From positions 672,001 to 736,000 of the forward strand of contig OZ271918.1 in the NCBI GenBank assembly GCA_965602015.1: 64,000 bases of DNA, read 5' to 3'. Of this stretch, positions 31,970-40,607 are shown piece by piece. The notes beneath the pieces are model-generated. The model did not search any database. It saw only the letters and a list, made by a program, of their open reading frames with translations, and had not been told where the DNA came from. The DNA is from Salinispira sp. Its GTDB lineage: Bacteria > Spirochaetota > Spirochaetia > DSM-27196 > Salinispiraceae. Numbering within the stretch: position 1 is the first letter of the stretch; each line of letters opens with the position of its first letter. The position numbers and the translations under genes are program-made.

Positions 31970-33025
31970 ATGAATCAAAAAACTATTCGATGGGGCATTC
32001 TGGGATGCGGCAACATTGCGTCAATCTTCGCCTCGGATTTCCGGCTGGCTGAAAGCGCGGATCTGTACGCGGTGGCAAGCCGCAGCGCCGAACGGGCCAA
32101 ATCCTTCGCAAAAAGGCATTCGGCAAGCAGGTACTACGGAGATTACGCCGGTCTCCTGGCAGATCCGGATGTGGACGCGGTATATGTGGCTACCCCCCAC
32201 ATGTTTCACCGGGATATCGGTCTTCAGGTTATAGACGCCGGGAAGGCGCTGTTCTGCGAAAAGCCCCTGAGCATAAACCGATCCCAAACCGATGAGCTGA
32301 TCTCAGCGGCTTCTTCCGCCGGCGTGTTTTTAGGCGAGGCGATGTGGACCGCATTTTTCCCCGCCGCGGCATCGCTTCAGGCTCTGGTGGATTCCCGGGC
32401 CTTGGGTGAGCTTGTGAGACTTGAAGCCAGTTTTACCGCCAGGATAGACAAAGATGAGGGCTCCCGCTGGCTGAATATTGCTCTCGGCGGCGGCGCGCTA
32501 TTAGATCTTGGTGTGTACCCCCTTGCATTCTCCCGTTTAATGTTTCGTCGGGACATACGGAACATCCAAAGCATGGCGGTTATGGGGTCCACCGGAGTCG
32601 ACACTGAAAACAGCATTCAGCTCGATTTCGGAGAGGGGAAGCAGGCAGCGCTGCTGTCGGGATTCCGGTTCAATCAACCCCAGGTCGCCAGGCTTTTTTT
32701 CGAACGGGGAGGGGTGTTTGTCCCGGATTTTTTCCATCCCGGGCAGTACGTGGTATATCCCGAAAACGATGCGGCGGTGGATGCCCTGCCATCGGGAGAG
32801 GTGGAAGACATTGAGAATATTCACCCCGATGCCGAGCATCCGGGTCTGCTCTATGATTTTGAGTACGATGGCCGGGGATATCAGTTTGAAATCGAATCGG
32901 TGAGCAGAGATATTCTAGCGGGAAGGACCGCATCTGCGGTTTATCCCCTGCAAGAAACCGGGGCCGTAATGGAAATCATGGACGGCCTGAGAGGTGAGTG
33001 GGGTTTGCGGTACCCTGGAGAATAA
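31970..33025 (+). CDS. Gfo/Idh/MocA-family oxidoreductase (aldose dehydrogenase-like)
   Basis: WGILGCGNIA, YVATPH, CEKP, EAMWT, GGGALLDLGVY. Confidence 0.9.
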   Translation: MNQKTIRWGILGCGNIASIFASDFRLAESADLYAVASRSAERAKSFAKRHSASRYYGDYAGLLADPDVDAVYVATPHMFHRDIGLQVIDAGKALFCEKPLSINRSQTDELISAASSAGVFLGEAMWTAFFPAAASLQALVDSRALGELVRLEASFTARIDKDEGSRWLNIALGGGALLDLGVYPLAFSRLMFRRDIRNIQSMAVMGSTGVDTENSIQLDFGEGKQAALLSGFRFNQPQVARLFFERGGVFVPDFFHPGQYVVYPENDAAVDALPSGEVEDIENIHPDAEHPGLLYDFEYDGRGYQFEIESVSRDILAGRTASAVYPLQETGAVMEIMDGLRGEWGLRYPGE

Positions 33026-33067
33026 GCCGCCCAGATCAGGAGAAGGCATGAAATATGGTAAGCCCGC

Positions 33068-33817
33068 ATGAAGTGCAGGGTAATGTCAACATTTAATACC
33101 AAAGGCGGGGTGGGAAAAACCACTACCGCAGTTAACCTCGCCCATATCGCCGCATCTGAGGGGCAAAAGGTGCTGCTTTGGGATTTGGATACCCAGGCAA
33201 GCGCCACCTATTACTGCGGCGCCAAGGCGAAGGTCCGGGGAGGGGCAAAGAAGCTCATCAGCAGGAAGACCGAAGCCCACAAGGTTATACGGGAAACCAG
33301 CTACGATAATCTCTGGCTTATTCCCGCCGACGGTTCGGTGAGGAAACTCGATATTTTTGTGAATAATCAAAAGGATTCGCGCAAGGCCCTGCAAAAGGTG
33401 ATCAAGGACATACACAAGGATTTCGATCTGGTGATTCTCGATCCGCCCCCGGGTCTTTCGGTGTTGTCAGAGAGCATCTTCGAAACATCGGACCTTCTTC
33501 TTGTTCCGACCAAGCCCTCGACCCTCTCCATTCGCACCCTGGAGCTGATCGACGAACGCTACGCTTCAAAGCAGTTGGCACAGGATCAGATTATTCCCTT
33601 CTTTTCCATGGTTGACCTTCGCAAAAAAATGCACCGTGAGATTGTGGACATCTATGCCCGGGATCCCCGCTTCTTGACGGTGCTGATTCCCAACGCCAGC
33701 ATTGTGGAACAGATGGGAGTTCACCAGAAACCCCTGCTTGCCTACAACCGCTCCTCGCGAGCGGCAAAAAATTATCTAGAACTATGGGCCGAGCTCGGCC
33801 GAAGGGGAGGATTATGA
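33068..33817 (+). CDS. ParA/MinD-family ATPase (no adjacent parB)
   Basis: KGGVGKTT deviant Walker A, DLDTQASAT, LDPPPG. Confidence 0.9.
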   Translation: MKCRVMSTFNTKGGVGKTTTAVNLAHIAASEGQKVLLWDLDTQASATYYCGAKAKVRGGAKKLISRKTEAHKVIRETSYDNLWLIPADGSVRKLDIFVNNQKDSRKALQKVIKDIHKDFDLVILDPPPGLSVLSESIFETSDLLLVPTKPSTLSIRTLELIDERYASKQLAQDQIIPFFSMVDLRKKMHREIVDIYARDPRFLTVLIPNASIVEQMGVHQKPLLAYNRSSRAAKNYLELWAELGRRGGL

Positions 33818-34824
33818 GTTTTGAATTTGAACATATACCACAGGAATTTCCCGCGCTTATTGCCGCGGAAACCGGAGACGGCTCCATACATCCGGCCAAA
33901 GGCCTTTGGCAGGCCGCCGATTTAAAAACCGACTGGGGCGGGGATACCAAACTTGTGGAGGTTGAACTGGAGTATTCCTGCTTGAATTATAAAGACGCCC
34001 TCTCAGCGACGGGAAATCGCGGGGTCAGCCCCCATTTCCCTCATATTCCAGGCATAGACGGCTATGGACGGCGTTTGGACAGCGGAGAACAGATAATCAT
34101 CACCGGCTTTGATTTTGGCATGGGGACGCCCGGCGGTTTCGGACGGTACGCATTGGTTCCCGAAGACTGGCTTATTGGTCTGCCTGATAGCCTCACCCTC
34201 CGGGACGCGGCGGCCTACGGCACTGCGGGAGTGACGGCGGCCCTGTGCGTTGACGCCCTGTTGGATGCTGGCGTGGAGCCGAAGTCCGGCCCCATAGCCG
34301 TGAGCGGGGCCACCGGCGGGGTGGGGAGCATTTCGCTGGCAATCCTTTCCCGGCTCGGCTTTGAGGTCCATGCGGTGACCGGAAAGACCGAGCAAAGTGA
34401 CTGGCTCAAGGGCCTGGGGGCGTCTGCGGTAATCTCCCGGGAAGATTTTGTTTCGCGGGCAGAAAAACCCATGCTGCGGCCGGAGTATGCCGGCGCCGTT
34501 GATACCGTGGGGGCGGGAATGCTCCACCGGCTGCTGCGAAGCATTTCGTTCGGGGGAGCGGTGGCGGCCTGCGGAATGGTCGGGGGGACTGAGCTTGAGA
34601 CCAACATCTTCCCCTTTATTCTGCGGGGGGTTCGCCTGACGGGCATCGCCAGCGCGGACAGCAGCCGGCAAAAAAAACGCCGGATGTGGGAGAAACTCGC
34701 AGGCGAATGGAATGTGCCGGCCCTGGCCGATAACTGCGTATACTCGGACCTGGATGGGCTTCCCGAGCACATAGGGCAAATTCTGTCGGGAAGCCTCACC
34801 GGCAGGGTCATTGTCAGACTGTAG
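33814..34824 (+). CDS. acuI: YhdH/AcuI-family NADPH acryloyl-CoA reductase / quinone oxidoreductase
   Basis: LNYKDAL, PGID, GTAGVTAAL, GATGGVGS, PFILRGV. Confidence 0.8.
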   Translation: MSFEFEHIPQEFPALIAAETGDGSIHPAKGLWQAADLKTDWGGDTKLVEVELEYSCLNYKDALSATGNRGVSPHFPHIPGIDGYGRRLDSGEQIIITGFDFGMGTPGGFGRYALVPEDWLIGLPDSLTLRDAAAYGTAGVTAALCVDALLDAGVEPKSGPIAVSGATGGVGSISLAILSRLGFEVHAVTGKTEQSDWLKGLGASAVISREDFVSRAEKPMLRPEYAGAVDTVGAGMLHRLLRSISFGGAVAACGMVGGTELETNIFPFILRGVRLTGIASADSSRQKKRRMWEKLAGEWNVPALADNCVYSDLDGLPEHIGQILSGSLTGRVIVRL

Positions 34825-34950
34825 AACCCGACGCAGACCCGGGCCCGGACTGCTTATTACGGGGCCTCTGCGACCTCGAACACTGCGTTGTATCCCGTAA
34901 AGCCGTCGAATTCGAAGCTAAGGGCTGACGAATTGGGCAATATACCGGGA
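34685..34950. repeat. Direct repeat copy 1 (266 bp) spanning the 3' end of acuI and a 3' fragment of the convergent CBM48 lipoprotein gene
   Basis: Base-by-base match to 35884-35972 plus 38128-38304 with 4 mismatches. Confidence 0.95.
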
Positions 34951-35883
34951 AAACCATTGATCTTTAATAGAAATCTTTAACTAACCATTTTGCAAATAGG
35001 TTTTTCGGATGGACCGCATGCGCGGACCGAAAGAGGTTAGTGCAAATTTTGTGCACCCATACCTAACAGACAAGTGGTAAGAAGTCCTAACCTCTCAAGG
35101 TTTCTTCTCTTCAAGATAAATGATAGGCGCAGCATAATTAGAATTGCTGGACAGAGTGTATTTTATTGAAAGCAATTATGATTGCATGCATAATAACGAA
35201 AAATGAAAACAGGAAACACAATGAAATCTAAATTATTTATTATATCTATTATTGCAACTTTTGGAACTATACTATATGCATCGCCCGCACAAGAAACTAG
35301 TGCGAGGTCAACTTGGAGCGGGTTTGAAAATTCTACAATATCATTTGATTCCCAATCGATCTCATCTGAAACTGCTTACATTTCTATGTGGCATGACAGG
35401 AATATTATAATGCGGTTTTATGAAAACAATCTATTACAGGCGGAGGATCGCGAGGTTTCATTCTCATTTAGTCCTGATCTGTTAACGATAGACGGGGAAT
35501 TTTCTTATTATGATGGTTCAGATATGATTACTCTGAATGGCGAATATCCGATCATTGGTGAGGCAAGAATAGCTGATATCAAGCAGAACCTTAGAATGAG
35601 GACCGGCTTCAATCACGACCCTTATAATATGATTCTTTCATTGCCAAACGATTTTATTGCAGTTGACTTTGGCGAATTAGGCGTTTTCTATATTTGGCCC
35701 ACAGTATACAATGGAACACCGGTCACCATTAATACTGTTCAAATGAAAATGTCAGGTGTTGTACCTCAAATCATAGTTAGTAGATATATGGTCTTGGGTT
35801 TCAACGCAGCTATGTAACTAATTTTAGCAAATGCTTCTTTCACTAACTCGAGCATTTGAGTTTTTCAAATTGAAATCTGGTTC
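34951..35883. mobile_element. 933-bp AT-rich foreign insert, gene-cassette-like
   Basis: Sharp GC drop, single ORF, GTTAGTG (35036-35042) and CACTAAC (35841-35847) bracket the ORF, flanked by 266-bp direct repeats. Confidence 0.6.
35221..35817 (+). CDS. Hypothetical exported protein
   Basis: Only long ORF in the AT-rich insert; MKSKLFIISIIATFGTILYA signal peptide (alternative ATG at 35203). Confidence 0.75.
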   Translation: MKSKLFIISIIATFGTILYASPAQETSARSTWSGFENSTISFDSQSISSETAYISMWHDRNIIMRFYENNLLQAEDREVSFSFSPDLLTIDGEFSYYDGSDMITLNGEYPIIGEARIADIKQNLRMRTGFNHDPYNMILSLPNDFIAVDFGELGVFYIWPTVYNGTPVTINTVQMKMSGVVPQIIVSRYMVLGFNAAM

Positions 35884-35972
35884 TGTGGGAGAAACTCGCA
35901 GGCGAATGGAATGTGCCGGCCCTGGCCGATAACTGCGTATACTCGGACCTGGATGGGCTTCCCGAACACATA
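35884..35972. repeat. Direct repeat copy 2, left part (acuI 3' fragment)
   Basis: Matches 34685-34773 with one mismatch; ends at the IS21 left end. Confidence 0.95.
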
Positions 35973-36050
35973 TGTCAAAAGGCGCATTAAACTCCGAAAG
36001 AATCGGCGCGTATATTTACGACCCGATACTCCCGGTAAGGGGGTGTTTGG

Positions 36051-37295
36051 GTGGCGAAATTACATGCTGACCAGAAGGAGTTTTGCATGCTCGATCTTGA
36101 CTTGGAGATCAGTAATGTCGAGTTAGCTCGGCGATTTGGGGTAAGCGAAGGTACCATTCGCTACCATCGGAAGAAGGAAAAACGCGTTGACGGCCGGACC
36201 ATGCGGTATTCCGGCGTATCCGCATTCAACGGCCAAATTGCAATGTGGATCAGCCAGAATGCCGGCCGCGAACCGTCAAAGCGTCACACGATACAGTCAC
36301 TATACCATGCCTTGGTGAAGTTTCACGACTTCACCCTTTCCTATGATGCTTTACGGCGTTTTGTCTCAAAACATTACCCCGATGTGATGGAGAAACCTTA
36401 TCGTATCCGGGTCGAGACCCCGCCAGGCAAACTGCTTCAGGTTGATTGGAAGGAGGCGGTAAGAATCCAGCTTGGAGAACCGGAGAATTGGCAAATGGTG
36501 AATTTGCTGGTTCTCCTGCTGGCCTTCTCCCGCATGCCGGCAATCGTTGTCCGGGTGAACAAAGATATTCAATCGTTCCTGAGTGCCCATCATGAAGCCG
36601 CCGGAAAGCTCGGTGGCATCACCGAGTTCGTGCGTCCTGACTGCATGGCTACCGCCGTTAAGCTATGGCGGGGAAGGAAGTCTCAAATGAACCGCGATTA
36701 TGCGCAGTACCTGAAAAGTCTGGGCACCCAAGCTTTTCCCGCCCGGCCCGGAGTGCCGCAGGACAAAGGCAAGGTCGAAAAGCGCATTCAGGATCTCATC
36801 AGGGACATCGACTTCGAATCGATCATTTTCAAGAACCTGGCAGAGGTCCAGCAGTTTTTCGATGATCTGGTCACCGAAAAGATCTCCCGGTGGAAATGTC
36901 CGGCAACCGGAACCAGCATCGAGGCTGCCTACGAGTACGAAAAGCAGTACCTGTCATCCTTCGGTCAGGCGCCGCAAATACCCGTGGATACCGCCACGAC
37001 AACGGTTTCCAAGGAGTCTCTGGTGTATTTCCGGGGCAATTGGTACCAGATTCCCGAAGGATATGAGCGAAAACCGGTTCGATGCATCAACACCGGCACA
37101 CAGATTCAGATTTTCCATGACGGAAAGCTCATCCAGAGCCATGACTATCTTCCGGGGGCGAAAAACATGATTCGCCTCAGCCGTCAGGCGATTTCCTCGA
37201 CCACCCGTCCCATGAGCGATCTTACCCGACAATGGGCCCTGGAAGTTGCCGAAAGGCAGATGGACCTGTATCAGGAAATCGCAGGAGGCATGTGA
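36051..37295 (+). CDS. istA: IS21 transposase
   Basis: N-terminal HTH, ETPPGKLLQVDW, RPDCMATAV and KGKVEK DDE core. Confidence 0.92.
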   Translation: MAKLHADQKEFCMLDLDLEISNVELARRFGVSEGTIRYHRKKEKRVDGRTMRYSGVSAFNGQIAMWISQNAGREPSKRHTIQSLYHALVKFHDFTLSYDALRRFVSKHYPDVMEKPYRIRVETPPGKLLQVDWKEAVRIQLGEPENWQMVNLLVLLLAFSRMPAIVVRVNKDIQSFLSAHHEAAGKLGGITEFVRPDCMATAVKLWRGRKSQMNRDYAQYLKSLGTQAFPARPGVPQDKGKVEKRIQDLIRDIDFESIIFKNLAEVQQFFDDLVTEKISRWKCPATGTSIEAAYEYEKQYLSSFGQAPQIPVDTATTTVSKESLVYFRGNWYQIPEGYERKPVRCINTGTQIQIFHDGKLIQSHDYLPGAKNMIRLSRQAISSTTRPMSDLTRQWALEVAERQMDLYQEIAGGM

Positions 37296-38062
37296 TGAGC
37301 ATGGAAGCCATAATTCGGAAAATGGAATACCTGAAATTTCAGCATACCCCGGCTATTCTCCAGGAACTGACCGACGCTGCGGTGAAAGAAAACCAGAATC
37401 CGCTCGAGTTCTTCGAGAAGGTGTTGTCGGTTGAAATGGATGCCCGGGAAGAGCGTCGTATCGCTACCTCAATGAAGATCTCAGGGTTACCCAAAGGGCT
37501 GTTTCTTGAGAACTTCGACTACATGTTTCAGCCGGCAGTAGAGAAGCACAAGGTTGATTTCCTCTCCTCCTGCGATTTCATCAGGCAGAAAGAAAACATC
37601 CTGTTCTTCGGACCGCCGGGTGTCGGCAAGACCCATCTGGCTACCGGCCTGGCGGTGAAGGCCGTGGAGATGGGCTACGGCGTGATTTACTACACGGTGG
37701 AAGAACTCTTGTCTCAGCTCAAGCGGCGCAGCGATACACCGATTACCCGGCAGCGCCGACAGGCCTACTGCAAGAATTCGCTGGTGGTTCTGGATGAGCT
37801 GGGGTACCAGGCGATGGATCGGCAGGAAACGCATCTGTTCTTTCAGTTCGTCAATCTGCGCTACCAGAAAGGATCGGTCATCATCACCAGTAACCGATAG
37901 GTCAAAGACTGGGCGACCATCTTTGCCAACGACCATATGGCAACAACGGCAATTCTCGACCGGCTATTCCACCGATCCCATATTTTCAACATTGACGGCA
38001 ACAGCTACCGGTTGAAAGACTTCCAGCTACTGCAGAAAGGAGGGGTTTCCAATGAATCCTAA
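37295..38062 (+). pseudogene. istB: IS21 helper ATPase interrupted by an in-frame TAG at 37898-37900
   Basis: GPPGVGKT, LDELGY and TSN lie before the stop; AILDRLFH and IDGNSYRL continue in the same frame to TAA 38062. Confidence 0.9.
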
Positions 38063-38121
38063 AGACAGGAATTCGTAAAACTAAACGCCGATTCTTTCGT
38101 AAAAATAGGCGCCATTTGACA

Positions 38122-38304
38122 CACATAGGGCAAATTCTGTCGGGAAGCCTCACCGGCAGGGTCATTGTCAGACTGTAGAACCCGACGCAGACCCGGGCCT
38201 GGACTGCTTATTACGGGGCCTCTGCGACTTGGAACACTGCGTTGTATCCCGTAAAGCCGTCGAATTCGAAGCTAAGGGCTGACGAATTGGGCAATATACC
38301 GGGA
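38122..38304. repeat. Direct repeat copy 2, right part
   Basis: Matches 34768-34950 with three mismatches; starts with the IS target duplication. Confidence 0.95.
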
Positions 38305-38660
38305 CCATTATTGTAGCATTGGCGCATATCGGTCCACCAGCGGGCTCCGTCAGAATTGGTGGTGTCGATGCGGTATTTGAATTGAATGGTCTCTCCCGCG
38401 GGCAGTTCAAGAGTAATTGACCAATCTCCGTTGGATTGCTCCTGAAGCCGGTATTCCTGTGAGTCGAGCTCGCTCCATTCATTAAACGAGCCGGTAATAA
38501 ACACATCGGTGACCGGCCAAAAGTCTTCTGCAACACTGCCGAATTCGAAATCTCCGCTCAGTCGAAATTCCACGCTTTGCATTGGCGGTGACAAGAAATC
38601 GCAGGCGGCGAGGGTAACAATAAGGGAAAATAATATGAGGATTTTAATAATTAATTTCAT
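38211..38660 (-). CDS. Lipoprotein with CBM48/AMPK-beta-like glycogen-binding domain
   Basis: Lipobox LAAC; VFITGSFNEW, GDWSITLELPAG, QFKYRID, WWTD pattern. Confidence 0.75.
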   Translation of the reverse strand: MKLIIKILILFSLIVTLAACDFLSPPMQSVEFRLSGDFEFGSVAEDFWPVTDVFITGSFNEWSELDSQEYRLQEQSNGDWSITLELPAGETIQFKYRIDTTNSDGARWWTDMRQCYNNGPGILPNSSALSFEFDGFTGYNAVFQVAEAP

Positions 38661-38730
38661 TATTATCTCCAAAGTAATGATAAAAACATTTTATTATATT
38701 CCTGCGGTTTTGACAAGGAAAAACTTCAGC

Positions 38731-40551
38731 TCAATGGGGGAGCGAAAAGGTGAATTTCGTTAATTTGCGGTCGCTCTTTGCCTCAATATGTCCCCCGTGG
38801 CGTCCGGTAATAATGTCCCGGGCGATGGACAGGCCAAGGCCGGTGCCCCGGCCCGCGTCCTTCGTTGAAAAGAAGGGTTCGAAAATTCGCTCGAGAATCT
38901 CCGGTTCGATGGGCGGGCCGTTATTGCTGATCCTGCAATAGACGGATTTTTCATCCTGCCAGGTTTGAATCTTAATCAGACCTTGCTCCGACAGCACTCC
39001 CTGGACCGAATGAACTGCATTGGTCAAAAGATTCAATATCACCTGATTAATTTCCCCGGGGAATGCCTGGATTCCGTCGAGGAGGGCAAGGTCTTTATCG
39101 ATTCTGATATCCCCGCTTGCCCGGATGAGGCTGCCGGCTATTTGCAGGGTGGTCTCAATGCCCTTGTTCAGATCGTAATACTGTTTCTCACCGTTGCCTC
39201 CGGGCCTCGAGAACTGAAGGAGATTGTCGACCACCGTGAGAATTCTCAAGAAGCCGTCTTCCGAATCGTCCAGCACCTCGCGGATATCCCGGATCTCCTG
39301 ATCGGGGATATTGCTTCCGAAACGCGCGCTGAGGCTCTCCAGCATTCTTCGAAGCACCCTGAGATTGCTTTGCAGATAGCCCACGGGATTCTTCATCTCG
39401 TGGGCCAAGCCGGCGGAAAGCTGTCCGATGGAGGCCAGTTTTTCCCGGTGAATCATCCGCAGCTGGGTGCGCTTGAGTTCATTGTTGGCTTTTTGCGTCT
39501 CCGCGGCCAGCTTCATCCGGTCTTCCATCAGCTCTACCCGAAGGGTAACGTCCGAAACGATGAGAACCTTGCCCAGGTGCTGTTTTCCCCCGGCGGACAC
39601 CGGCCGCAGATACACATCGAGGTGATGGGTGCGCCCGGCGATGCTTCGGGTAGTTTCGAAGGTAACCAGATCACCATTGCCGTGGTTTCCAAGGATTTCC
39701 GCAACCGCCGGGATATCTTCGAGCTTTTCCCCGATGTGATTTTCCTCGATTCCCAGCCGGGAGGCCGCGGGGTTGAAGTCCACCAGAATATCGCCGGTAT
39801 CAAATATCATTACGGATTGATCCATGGTATCGATAACGACGCTTCGGGCCTGCGGTACGATTTGCAGCATCCGCTGCCAGTACACGCCGACGAAGAAGAA
39901 CACCCCGGTGGCGGCAAATGCGATGGGCGTAAAGTCCTTGTACACAAAAAAATTCAACGGCAGCAGGTACAGGGCGTTTACTATCAGCGGAAGGAAAATA
40001 CCCGCGGCCACCCAGAACGCCGGTCCGATTTTCATACTGCCGGAAACCGCCATATGCCGAATTATGATTACCGCGCCGAAGATAAGCAGAACATAGTGAA
40101 ATACCCCGTTAAACCAGAACCACATACCGTAGGTCGGTTCGACGGTGGAGTAGCCGAATCGCGTAAGATAGTCCACCGTTGAGTAGATAAAGCCGTGATG
40201 TTCTATTGTCAGGGACAAAACAAGGGTTATGGCCGGGACGATTGAAAGGGATCCCCACAATAAGCGGCGCTGGGAAATCTTTGCGCCGGTAAATGAAAAT
40301 GCGAAATGCAGCCAGGCGAGGGGAACCGCTGAAACCAGGGGGAAGGCCATTGCGGCCCAGAAAAGGGTCGCCCGTTCCGATTGGGAAAGCAGCTCAAGGA
40401 TATTGGTGAGCACCATAATTACAACCAGGGCGAAATATACAATTAATGCCCGACCCACTTCCTCTTTCCGGTATCTCCAGAGCACCAGTTGGGTAATGAC
40501 CACAAAGGCCAGTGCGATGGGGGCGAGAATAACGAATACGGTATACTCCAA
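38731..40551 (-). CDS. Sensor histidine kinase with N-terminal 7TM (HisKA_7TM-like) and PAS-like domains
   Basis: About 7 TM segments, EKLASIGQLSAGLAHEMKNP, NLLTNA, FEPFFSTK, GTGLGL. Confidence 0.9.
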   Translation of the reverse strand: MEYTVFVILAPIALAFVVITQLVLWRYRKEEVGRALIVYFALVVIMVLTNILELLSQSERATLFWAAMAFPLVSAVPLAWLHFAFSFTGAKISQRRLLWGSLSIVPAITLVLSLTIEHHGFIYSTVDYLTRFGYSTVEPTYGMWFWFNGVFHYVLLIFGAVIIIRHMAVSGSMKIGPAFWVAAGIFLPLIVNALYLLPLNFFVYKDFTPIAFAATGVFFFVGVYWQRMLQIVPQARSVVIDTMDQSVMIFDTGDILVDFNPAASRLGIEENHIGEKLEDIPAVAEILGNHGNGDLVTFETTRSIAGRTHHLDVYLRPVSAGGKQHLGKVLIVSDVTLRVELMEDRMKLAAETQKANNELKRTQLRMIHREKLASIGQLSAGLAHEMKNPVGYLQSNLRVLRRMLESLSARFGSNIPDQEIRDIREVLDDSEDGFLRILTVVDNLLQFSRPGGNGEKQYYDLNKGIETTLQIAGSLIRASGDIRIDKDLALLDGIQAFPGEINQVILNLLTNAVHSVQGVLSEQGLIKIQTWQDEKSVYCRISNNGPPIEPEILERIFEPFFSTKDAGRGTGLGLSIARDIITGRHGGHIEAKSDRKLTKFTFSLPH

Positions 40552-40607
40552 AATAGCCTCCCGCTGAGCTTGACCCGGGACCCCGGGCCCCGTAGTCTAA
40601 TAGTACC

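Larger units (their letters stand above)
35973..38121 (+). mobile_element. IS21-family insertion sequence (2149 bp)
   Basis: TG...CA ends, imperfect ~50-bp IRs (TGTCAAAAGGCGC / GCGCCATTTGACA) with two internal repeats 24 bp apart, 6-bp target duplication CACATA (35967-35972, 38122-38127), istA-istB. Confidence 0.95.

Noticed and set aside
34979..35042. Self-contained 64-bp canonical attC (ACTAACC...GGTTAGT)
   Set aside because: The terminal 7 bp are complementary but the expected L boxes do not pair; retained only as part of the permuted-cassette hypothesis
35911..36126. 71-aa ORF crossing the IS21 left end
   Set aside because: Chance chimera of an out-of-frame acuI fragment and the IS terminus
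37898..37900. Programmed amber read-through (pyrrolysine or alternative code) in istB
   Set aside because: TAG is an ordinary stop for several genes here (acpS, xylG, acuI) and no pyl genes are visible; a nonsense mutation is simpler
34685..38304. 266-bp repeat as an IS21 target-site duplication or composite transposon end
   Set aside because: The IS has its own 6-bp duplication and lies inside one repeat copy, so it postdates the repeat
38965..40182. 405-aa plus-strand ORF
   Set aside because: Antisense shadow of the histidine kinase
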